Translations under genes and position numbers: made by a program
Source: Ostrea edulis
Lineage: Eukaryota
Length of the DNA: 64,000 bases
Direction: 5' to 3'
Assembly (NCBI RefSeq): GCF_947568905.1
Contig: NC_079164.1
Location: 3,534,001 to 3,598,000, forward strand
The notes under the pieces: generated by a model
What the model was told of the DNA's origin: nothing
Seen by the model: the letters and a program-made list of their open reading frames with translations, nothing else
Databases searched by the model: none
Shown: positions 36,201-48,200 of the stretch, piece by piece
How the letters are laid out: every line of letters begins with the position of its first letter
Numbering within the stretch: the stretch's first letter is position 1

Positions 36201-39200
36201 ACAGTTTGTTATAACTAAAATTCATTATACAGTAAAACACGGTTATAGTGAACCTTCAGGGCCAGCAAAAAAAAAAGTTCATCATAACAAAACTTCATTA
36301 TACAGTAAAACATGGTTATAGTGAACCTTCAGAGCCAGTGAAAAATATCTATTTACTGGCTATGAGGACAATAGCAAGTTTATTTCCCCCAAGACAGCAA
36401 CTATTTCTCGAGGCGCATATTGTCCGAATAGTCAGTAAATCGGTGTTTTATCATACCGAAGTAGACTTTACTCGTGTCAGACATACCAAAGTGAAGTAAG
36501 GGCTGTTCCAGAAATGATCAAATGGGTGGGGGTGGGGTGGGGGGGGGGGGGGGGGGTGGGCGGCAAATGATATTTTTTTGTGTAGGTGGTCGTATTTTTT
36601 CATATTTTATTTGGTCTGTGGTTGGACTGTTAAAACAAGAGGTACTGTGAGCAATGCTCACTAAGAATACCCCCCGCTTACCCCAATCTCCCAAAGGGTG
36701 TTGGTAATAGGTATAAACTACCTCTTTTCTGAGTGTAAAAAACAAATGGCATGACAAACCGAACCATATTGCTACTTCGATGTCCAGTGCGCGTGACCTT
36801 TGACCTTTTGACCCCAAAATCGATAGGGAACATCTTCATCCCATGGGTAGTCCATATGTATGATATGGTGACGGTAGGTGGAAAAGATAATGCTTTAGAG
36901 CCCGGAAACCATATTGCTACTTCGATGTCCAGTGCGCTTGACCTTTGACCTTTTGACCCCAAAATCAATAGGGAACATCTTTATCCCATGGGTAGTCCAT
37001 ATGTATGATATGGTGACGGTAGGTGGAAAGGATAATGCTTTAGAGTCCGGAAACCATTGCGTCTACAGACGGACGGACGGACGGACGGACAACCCGATTC
37101 CAGTATACCCCCCCCCCCCCCCCCCCCACAACTTGTTGCAGGGGGTATAAAAATATTTATTATGGGTAGTGGGTAGTTTCTATTGTTTTATTTTGTGCCA
37201 CGTGGGTGTTGAGTTTTCAGAATATTTTTATTGTCGCTCTTGTCGTGTTGGTTACAAAACGTCGGAGGGAAAATTGAAAACGTGCTTTCGAAATGCTGCT
37301 TTCGAAATCGGAAATCGGAAGTAACATAGAACTATTCGAGTTGTCGCTCTTTGCAGCGCATAACTTTCCATTACGGCACTCTTCAAGTTAGAGGCGCGTT
37401 TAGTAGGGTCCCTTTGGACGTGATGTCGGCGAACTCTGTTCTGTAGATTATTACAGTTTACAGTGCATCGATTTTGGGAATATTTTGAAACCAATAGGTA
37501 TTCCGTTTTCTAATAAAAATAGGCAAACCTTAGTTGATTTATACGAGGGTACCAATGCGTTATATTTATCAGTCAGTGTGATGGTGATATGCAGGCCTCC
37601 GGGCGCGGGCTCCATTAGAAGACGAAGGATTCGTGGAAAAACATATCCATACCCATTTCATGATAATAGCATCGTTTGGACTCCCAATCTTTCCAACATT
37701 CCCGCCATAGATGCCTTTGATTGTTGATGTGACATCGTTTCTTCAGAACTACTGTGATACAATGTCACACAGGCATTACCGCGTCATTGACTAGAATGTT
37801 TGTCCTGAAAACCTCGCGAGATTTGTACCGTTTTCATTTTTTAAAATATTTTTATCGTGGGTCTGGTTAGTTTTTTTTTTATTAGATGGGTCATTGTAAA
37901 ATGAGTTTATCAATTTGATGGGTCATAGGGTAATTTTTTTTTTTTTTTTATGGGTGCTTGGTATATACAAAAGGTGCCTCCCGATCATCCCCCCCCCCCC
38001 CCCCCCCCCCCCCCATGTATTTATTTCTGGAATAGCCCTAAACTAACATTTGGCTTTAGCATAGATGGAATCGACTGAGGTGATCCGAGTGGTAAACTAA
38101 TTAGTTATCAGACTTTGATCACAGAAAAGAAAACGTAGGAAAATATAGCATCCGGTAAATAGTTTCGAGACTATTTCCCTAGGGTGAGATAGTTCAGAAA
38201 TTATTTCATGGCTAGCGTTATCCAGAAGAAATAACAAATTCATTCACCTAAAATTTATATAGTAAAAAGCATTCTGAGGTATAATAATTCATTATAACCA
38301 AACTTTGTTATAAAGTAAGACACGGTTATTATCATGAACCTCCAAATTATACAGTAAAATACAGTCATAGTGAACCTCCAAATTATACAGTAAAACACGA
38401 TCATAGTGAACCTCCAAATTATACAGTAAAACACCGTCATAGTGAACCTTCAAATTATACAGTAAAACACGGTCATAGTGAACCTTCAAATTATACAGTA
38501 AAACATGATCATAGTGAACCTTCAAATTATACAGTAAAACACGGTCATAGTGAAACTCCAAATTATACAGTAAAACACGGTCATAGTGAACCTCCAAATT
38601 ATACAGTAAAACACGGTCATAGTGAAACTCCAAATTATACAGTAAAACACGGTCATAGTGAACCTCCAAATTATAAATTAAAACACGGTCATAGTGAACC
38701 TCCAAATTATACAGTAAAACACCGTCATAGTGAACCTCCAAATTATACAGTAAAACACGGTCATAGTGAACTTCCAAATTATACCGTAAAACACGGTCAT
38801 AGTGAACCTACAGGGCAGTGAAAAACAGCTCATTTTAACTAAACTTCATCACAGTGTTCCTTACAGCCAAACTTTGTTATATCCAATAAAATTGTCATTA
38901 ATTTCCTCTCACAGGGGAATAAACATAACTTCGCAAAAAGTCTTAATTCATTATGTAAGCATTTCCTTATAACAGTGTTTTACTGTAGTACATGTAATCA
39001 GAAAACCAATGACATCAACAATACAACTGTCACCCAAGGGCATACATGAAATAATGTAAAACACCTAGACCAGACCTCAACTTACAGATTCATTTTAAAT
39101 AACTACATTTTCTTTGCAGAAAAAGCAGTGTATTTTGTTTAGCATGTTTTAAATGTTTAGAAATTAGCACTGAAGGAAGAAGGCAGAACTTACTAAATTC

Positions 39201-42200
39201 ATAAGGAAGTACAGGACTAAAGCGAGGTATACGATAAAAAAGGCAGCATTCCATGGCGAGTCAGCGTAGGCAGGCATCATTACATCTGGGAAACTGCCAA
39301 TGAGAGTGAACGACCGTTAGTGCTAAATATCTGCCGATTTATATCCTTACGTCAGGGAAACTGAATGACAGAAAACTGACAGAACAGATGGCAGATAGAC
39401 AAAGGTGACAGAAAACTGATAGGTTTTTATTCTTTAACTACTTTTTTTTAATTACTTTAAAAATCGATTTATCTTTTTAAATTGGTATTGGTAAAGTAAG
39501 CCTTTTTAATTTTAAGGGTATAATTTACAACAAAAATGGTACGTACTCCTTTCAGAAGGAAGGAAAATCCCTGTACATACATGTATGATATAATAAACAG
39601 TTGTATGGGGACTTTCCTAAATTATATTGACTTAAAGAATGAAATAAAGGTGTGAAAAGTTTGTGCATACTTGGCTGTCGTCAACAAGACAAAGAGACTG
39701 ATGAAGCTGTCCTGGAGTGTGCTGAAATACTGCAACAGAAACAAGGAGGATTAAATCCAGCAGCCTAACTACCACGCTTCAGCTGAACGATTTCTCAATC
39801 ACAGCAGCCTAACTACCACGCTTCAGCTGAACGATTTCTCAGCAGCCTAACTACCACGATTCAGCTGAACGATTTCTCAATCACAGCAGCCTGACTACCA
39901 CGCTTCAGCTGAACGATTTCTCAGCAGCCTAACTACCACGCTTCAGCCGAACGATTTCTCAATCACAGCAGCCTAACTACCACGCTTCAGCCGAACGATT
40001 TCTCAATCACAGCAGCCTAACTACCACGCTTCAGCTGAACGATTTCTCAATCACAGCAGCCTAACTACCACGCTTCAGCAGAACGATTTCTCAGTCACAG
40101 CAGCCTAACTACCACGCTTCAGCTGAACGATTTCACAGCAGCCTAACTACCACGCTTCAGCAGAACGATTTCTCAATCACAGCAGCCTAACTACCACGCT
40201 TCAGCTGAACGATTTCTCAATCACAGCAGCCTAACTAACACGCTTCAGCCGAACGATTTCTCAATCACAGCAGCCTAACTACCACGCTTCAGCTGAACGA
40301 TTTCTCAGCAGCCTAACTACCACGCTTCAGCCGAACGATTTCTCAGCAGCCTAACTACCACGCTTCAGCCGAACGATTTCTCAGCAGCCTAACTACCACG
40401 CTTCAGCCGAACGATTTCTCAATCACAGCAGCCTAACTACCACGCTTCAGCTGAACGATTTAACCAGCAGCCTAACTATCACGCTTCAGCTGAACGATTT
40501 CTCAATCACAGCATACCTAACTACCACGCTTCAGCTGAACGATTTCTCAATCACAGCAGCCTAACTACCACGCTTCAGCCGAATGATTTCTCAATCACAG
40601 CAGCCTAACTACCACACTTCAGCTGAACGATTTCTCAATCACAGCAGTCTAACTATCACGCTTCAGCCGAACGATTTCTCAGCAGCCTAACTACCACGCT
40701 TCAGCTGAACGATTTCTCAATCACAGCAGCCTAACTACCACGCTTCAGCTGAACGATTTCTCAATCACAGCAGCCTAACTACCACGCTTCAGCCGAATGA
40801 TTTCTCAATCACAGCAGCCTAACTACCACGCTTCAGCTGAACGATTTCTCAATCACAGCAGCTTAACTATCACGCTTCAGCCGAACGATTTCTCAGCAGC
40901 CTAACTACCACGCTTCAGCAGAACGATTTCTCAATCACAGTAGCCTAACTATCACGCTTCAGCCGAATGATTTCTCAGCAGCCTAACTACCACGCTTCAG
41001 CTGAACGATTTCTCAATCACAGCAGCCTAACTACCACGATTCAGCAGAACGATTTCTCAATCACAGCAGCCTAACTACCACGCTTCAGCCGAACGATTTC
41101 TCAATCACAGCAGCCTAACTACCACGCTTCAGCTGAACGATTTCTCAATCACAGCAGCCTAACTATCACGCTTCAGCCGAACGATTTCTCAGCAGCCTAA
41201 CTACCACGCTTCAGCCGAACGATTTCTCAATCACAGCAGCCTAACTACCACGCTTCAGCCGAACGATTTCTCAGCAGCCTAACTACCACGCTTCAGTTGA
41301 ACGATTTCTCAGCAGCCTAACTACCACGCTTCAGTTGAACGATTTCTCAGCAGCCTAACTACCACACTTCAGCCAAACGATTTCTCAATCACAGCAGCCT
41401 AACTACCACGCTTCAGCCGAACGATTTCTCAGCAGCCTAACTACCACGCTTCAGCTGAACGATTTCTCAATCACATTCATACAGGGGATACTTTATGTAC
41501 TTGTCTATTACTAGAGTAATTTCTTCCTTCTTAAATTCTTGGGAATATGTAACAATTAAATTATCGACCGGTCAATATTTTTGACTGTCTCGTGGCAATG
41601 CACGTGAATTTAGCGATGAACGTGATGCTGCAATTCAACTGTACATATTCATCACCAGAACTCGGTCTTATAAATACTTGCATGTTGAAAAGTTTTTGAA
41701 AGATATCAAAATAGATTTAATTGGAGAATAAAACAGTAACTTCATATATTTCTGGAAAACAGTCTTCCACACCATCGAGGGCCAATAATTTCTACCGTTT
41801 CCCCGAGATACATGAAATAACTGTATTCTATTGAAATATCAAGCTCAGAAAGACATTCAACAAATACTTACTGTGTCATTTGGGACTTGAGAAAACAGGT
41901 AAAACCCTGCAGAGAAACAGTAATATGTGTATACACGTATTTCTGAAACACAACTGCCAACAGTTCTTTTAATCAACCTTTCCATCGGGTCTATATTGAT
42001 ACTAATTAATCAAACTTTTAACGAGTTTTAATAATTTTGATATTCCTGTCATTAGTACAAATGATAAAATAAGGCACTATTCTATATCACAAGGCACTAT
42101 TCTATATCACAAGGCATTATTCTATATTACAAGGCATTATTCTATATCACAAGGCATTATTCTATATCACAAGGCATTATTCTATCACAAGGCACTATTC

Positions 42201-45200
42201 TATATCACAAGGCATTATTCTATATCACAAGGCACTAATCTATATCACAAAGCATTATTCTATATCACAAGGCACTATTCTATATCACAAGGCACTATTC
42301 TATATCACAAGGCACTATTCTATTTTACAGTACAGGAACTACTATGTAAATCTTGTGTTACCTAGTATGGAAAAAATCAGAATGAAGAACATGAGAAGAA
42401 AGATGAGTTCCAAAATCGGAGGCAACGACATCAATATCTGTCGACTGATTCTGAAATTTACGATTAAAAATCAATCAATATTACATCACAATGACATCGG
42501 TATCTGTCGACTGATTCTGAAATTTACAATTAAAAATCAATCAATATTACATCACAATGACATCAGCATCTGTCGACTGATTCTGAAATTTACGATTAAA
42601 AATCAATCAATTTCAAGTTTGTATATTGTTCACCTTATCAGGCTTATGTTAAACAAATAATCTACACATTTTTTTGAGATAATGATTTAGTGTGCTTGAA
42701 ACAAATCAATTCATTTTTTAGGTACGTCTCTTTCCCTCTCCCCCTCTCTCATTCTCTCTCTAGCGCTCTCTCTCCCTCCCTCCATCTCTCTCTCCCTCTT
42801 TCTCTCTCTCTTTCTCACCTTCTGACTCCTCTGAAGTGGTGTGTGTCGATAAGAAAAAGTGGTCTGAGCGCCCTCGTGACTCGGAAATGATTCGTCTGTC
42901 GAATCAGCACCACGACAGACTCAATGAACATAATCAGAAGAGTAGCAGACTGAAAGCGAAATTAGGATATACAGTTCAACTTGTGTCTCCAACATCCATA
43001 CCTCCAATACCATGGATATACAGTTCAACTTGTGTCTCCAACATCCATATCTCCAATACCATGGATATGCTGAAGCAAGTTGAAAGTCCCACCTACATTT
43101 TCTTTACCTATTTTAAACTCAATATCTCGAACCCTTGAATATATTTAAGTTTTTTCTCGGCACAATTGACTTTGAATCAACAATGTTTTCTTTTCACACA
43201 ATTCCTCTTGCTAATAATATATGGAATATAAAATTAATGACAATAACTCTTATGAAACATACAAGACAGTTGTAAAAAAAAAAAAAAAAATCCAAATTAT
43301 CACATTCTTATTAATTTCTATCTTTGGTAAAAGGCTTGTGCATCTTTACAGTTACAGTAAGAGTTATTGCCCTTTATTTAGTCATAAATATAGATTTGAG
43401 TTTCTTTCTTCAGGGTTTTGAACTTGGGGCAGTGATATTTCAGCCATATGGAAGTTAAATCAAGTGATTCTACTACAGATCTCACTAAAGAAAATACAAA
43501 GTCACACTTTGGTGTGTTAAAGTCCCTGAAACGTTCTTCTTTCCCACTTGAACGGTGAGCGAACGGTGAACGCACGGTGAGCGAACGGTGAACGCATGGT
43601 GAGTGAACGGTGAACGCAATTTGGTGAACAGTGAGCGAACGCAGAGCGCAAAGTGAACGAACAGTGAACGCAAAATGGTCTGTTTACTCGGAATGTTTTG
43701 GATTTTTCCCTGGGATTTTACTAATTTCATAATCAAGTAATAAAATACATGTACATGTATATTTCACCAATTAATAAACAATGAAATAAACCGGATAGCG
43801 TATTTTACAGTTCTGGATATATTCAATGTAATATATTTTTGTACAAGTACCGAGTATACATCACATGTATATATTTCATGAAATTATCGCAAATTGTACA
43901 TTAATACACGCAACAGTCATACACAAACAAAAGCAAATTTCGTATGTACATTGCATATACATGTACCATTACGTGTACATATACATTTAATGCATGGGTA
44001 TAATATATATACAATGCATGTGAAAAGGAAAACACTATAGTCTACAAGTGTAGTGACATCCAGAATTTACAGGTGTTCATGTATGGCTTCAGACTTTACG
44101 AGCTCGATCGTTTGGGATACCTGTAATTAACAAACAAAACATCCCGGAAAGGAGTCAAGATAGATGCAGTAAACAAACAATACGGACGGTATACCCTGTG
44201 TCAACACCTTAACACTCCTAACAATATTAAATATTCCTACTTAAATTTTAAATTTTGCATCATTCATTTGTCGCAGCTACATCGACACGAGGAAATAATC
44301 CTAGAATTTATGCACATGTAAGTACAAAACTTACTATTATTTATGTGACCATAGATTGCAGTCAGATCGTGCAATATTTGTATATATTTGATGTAGATAA
44401 AACTGTTTATTATACTGAACTACCCGTAGAATGTTTAAAGGCTAATGCAGAAATGTACCAGATAAACAATTACATGTACATCTTTGCATTAAGGACAAAT
44501 GTTACAAAAGTTTCAAGTTGGCAAGAGTACTAAATATCATTTTATTGACAATGTCTTTCATAAATATAGGCGTAAAAATAGCTACATCAGTTTGAAATTC
44601 TGAGAGTACATACGGTACAATGTACATTATGTAGCATTGTTTGTTTTTATTTTTCAAAGTGGGGGGGGGGGGGACTTGTTTAAAACTCTTGTCAAGCAAT
44701 GCAAAATAATTTAAATTATAATAATTTATGATTTTGCCCGAAGTTGTAAATGCTAAATCTTGAACACAGGGGAAGAGGTTTTCATTACCTGAAACTGCCT
44801 TATTTTTTGTACTTGGGTTAAATTCATAACGACAAGCTCTTACATGTATATTCGTCTCTCATTTAGAAGTTTTTTTTAACAAAAGCTCAAATGAACCTTT
44901 CGGCATTCACAGTGGATAATTCTGACATTTTGTACTTCAAAATTAAATTTCTGATATAGTAAGAAAATCTCCTTCCACTCTTACGCACATGTTCAATTTT
45001 CATTTTCGCCTTGTTATCAAGATTGGTCCTTTCACTTTGGTGTTCTCCGAATGACAAGGAAAAGACTGAGCGGTGAGCGCACGGTGAACGCTTTGTGAAT
45101 GGTGAACGAACGGTGAGCGCACGGTGAACGCAAAACTGTGAACGGAGAGTGCACGGTGAATGCACGCTGAACGAACGGTGAACGCACAGTGAACGAACAG

Positions 45201-48200
45201 TGAGCGAACGGAAAAATGGTAAAGTAGAACGTTTCAGGGACTGTACATAAAATTAGTTATTCAAATACTTCTTCTCCATCAGTATTGATCATCATTACAA
45301 AGTAAAAACTGCCTAGTAATCCAACACCTAGCCAATCCAGTTTACTGGGCATTCCAACCTTTAGTTTCATTCTCAATTTCATATTTTTAATGTTTTTTAC
45401 ACTGTTTTTTCTAACACACTGTGCATTCTGACAAATAAATTGTCTCCCAGTGCATATCGGATTAGAAAGGTTTGACTGTTATACTATGAAATGTCAAATC
45501 AGACAGATTTTACTGTACTATGAAATGTCGGATTAGACAGGGTTGACTGTACTATGAAATGTTTGATTAGACAGGTTTCTCTGTACAAAGAAATGTCGGA
45601 TTAGACAGGATTGACTGCACTATGAAATGTCGGATTAGACAGGTTTCTCTGTATTATGAAATGTCGGATTAGACTGGTTTTACTGTACCTTGATGGATGT
45701 TCTCTTGTGTCTGAAGAATGTTTTCCACCCGAGCCACCTTAATTTGATAGCCAACTGGAGAGTTAGGATCAGCTGTCCCAGGATTTCTAACGATCCATGG
45801 ACCTGAGGTAAAGGACAGTTTAATCAGGATAGTAGATTTAAAGACAAAGGATGATCAAAGGTGTACTGTAGATCACTTCTATTTCGTGCAACTTAATTTT
45901 CACGTGATACAGTGATGTATTCATTTCCTGAACCATTATTCACTCCTTAAGTATTTTAATATAAAAGTTAATTCACAAAAAACTAAATTTTGTAAATGAC
46001 TCGTCTCACGAAATTACGTGTGTATAATTTTTTCAAGAATAAAATGTGAGTTACAATAACTTCCCAACATACAACTGAATTTGTCTACTCTGATTAGTAC
46101 AATGTATGATTGAATAATTCTGAGCTTCTGATTGGCTGAAATGGTACAAATTATAAAAAACAGAATATTATGTTCAAGTCCATGTACTTACGACCAAAAA
46201 TACATTGGGAATTTTCAAATTCCTAGTCTGATTGTTTATCATTTTTGTTGTCATCGAATCACATCTCTAATCACTTTGTACTAGGTCTTGTGCTATAAGT
46301 ATCATTTTTGTGGTCATCGAATCACATCTCTAATCACTTTGTACTAGGTCTTGTGCTATAAGATGATTGTCATCGAATCACATCTCTAATCACTTTGTAC
46401 TAGGTCTTGTGCTATAAGATGATTGTCATCGAATCACATCTCTAATCACTTTGTACTAGGTCTTGTGCTATAAGATGATTGTCATCAAATCACATCTCTA
46501 ATCACTTAGGTCTTGTGCTATAAGATGATTGTCATCGAATCACATCTCTAATCACTTTGTACGAGGTCTTGTGCTATAAGATGATTGTCATCGAATCACA
46601 TCTCTAATCACTTTGCACTAGGTCTTGTGCTATAAGTATTATTTTTGTGGTCATCGAATCACATCTCTAATCACTTTGTACTAGGTCTTGTGCTATAAGT
46701 ATCATTTTTGTGGTCATCGAATCACATCTCTAATCACTTTGTACTAGGTCTTGTGCTCTAAGTATCATTTGCTAAACTTAGTATGTAGGTCACCAGTTTC
46801 TATATCTTAAAACATTCAATGAATCATATTTAAAAAATACCAAAAGACTGCATCTCTAATAACTTTTCTCTAGGTCTTACACGCTGACTGTGAACAAAGA
46901 TGGCAGACCAGGTATTGTTTTGTATGCTCTAGTTGCCAGTTTCAATGTTTTAAATTTTTACAATCATATACATATGTAATAAAACAATTATTGACAATTT
47001 TTGGTTGATACAATGCTTTAACTACCTGATAAATACACCAATAATTTCAGCCTGGATGTCGCTGATGTACGTAATGTATGATGTTCAACAATGATATCAG
47101 CCCGGATGTCACTGAGTGTAGAATGTGCAACAATTGTAATAAACATAGCAGTGATTGTCCATTAAGTTTGGGGGGAAATCAGACTTTTATCAAGGGCCCT
47201 TCTCTTTTTTCCTGATCTACATAGGATTATACATACATGTAGGATGTATATTTCCTCTTCAACTAAAAATAAATTCCAAACAATATTTCTAAAAAAAATT
47301 GTTCAATATAAAAATACATATAATGTTATATTTATGGGTTGTGTATTATGAGAAAAATCGACTAATCGGGTTTTGACAAAAAATGCTACATCACTAAATA
47401 TATCATCTCTTTTCACTCCCCTCCCCTCATTTTTTATAACATACATGTATTGAATGTATGTACATTATATATACATATATGCTAGTAAAAAAAATAGTTT
47501 TCAAATGGAAGTTGCTGTCATTATTAAAGAAAAGATCAAGGATTTTCACTTTTATTTAATATATGATAAAAGAACAAAATGTAGGGTAACCATTAGGCCC
47601 GGCAAAAGTTTGAGTTTCTACCTGAGGAACTGTCACTAACACAGGTAACTCAACAAATATCATTAAGGTAGCTCCCTACACTAAAGCTTATACTCTGTAT
47701 GACACCACGTCACAAGATGACGATTTAAGGTAGCTCCCTACACTAAAGCTTATACTCTGTATGACACCATGTCACAAGATGGCGATTTAAATGTTTTGTG
47801 AAATTATTTGTGTCGATCGATGTGTTTGTCTATCATTGTAGCTCAGTGGTTGAAGCATTGGGCTGGTGAACCGCAGATCTCGAGTTCAAAGCCCGCAGAG
47901 TCTTTTGTTCATATGTGTTGAAATAATTTTTTTGAAAATCAAGTTTTTATCCAAATTGGTATATTTTTTGCCTTTTTGGCCTATATACTTGTTGTATATT
48001 ATCATATCTTTTATAATTAAATCAATTTGTACTGATTTGAGAAACTATTTCTGGGTGTAGTGAGCCACTACAGGTGTAAAATAAACATGTACTTTAAATA
48101 TAGAGACTGATGCAATAGATTGCATACTGTCACAAACACACTATGTAGCACAGTTCCCTGCACAGTGGGCGAAAAAATCTAAACTGGTGAGAGTCGATCC

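Noticed and set aside
38292-38777. 161-aa repetitive ORF (EVHYDRVLLYNL)n
   Set aside because: Translation of the 36-bp minisatellite.
47837-47900. tRNA-like sequence with A/B boxes
   Set aside because: No proper acceptor stem; embedded in a repeat element.
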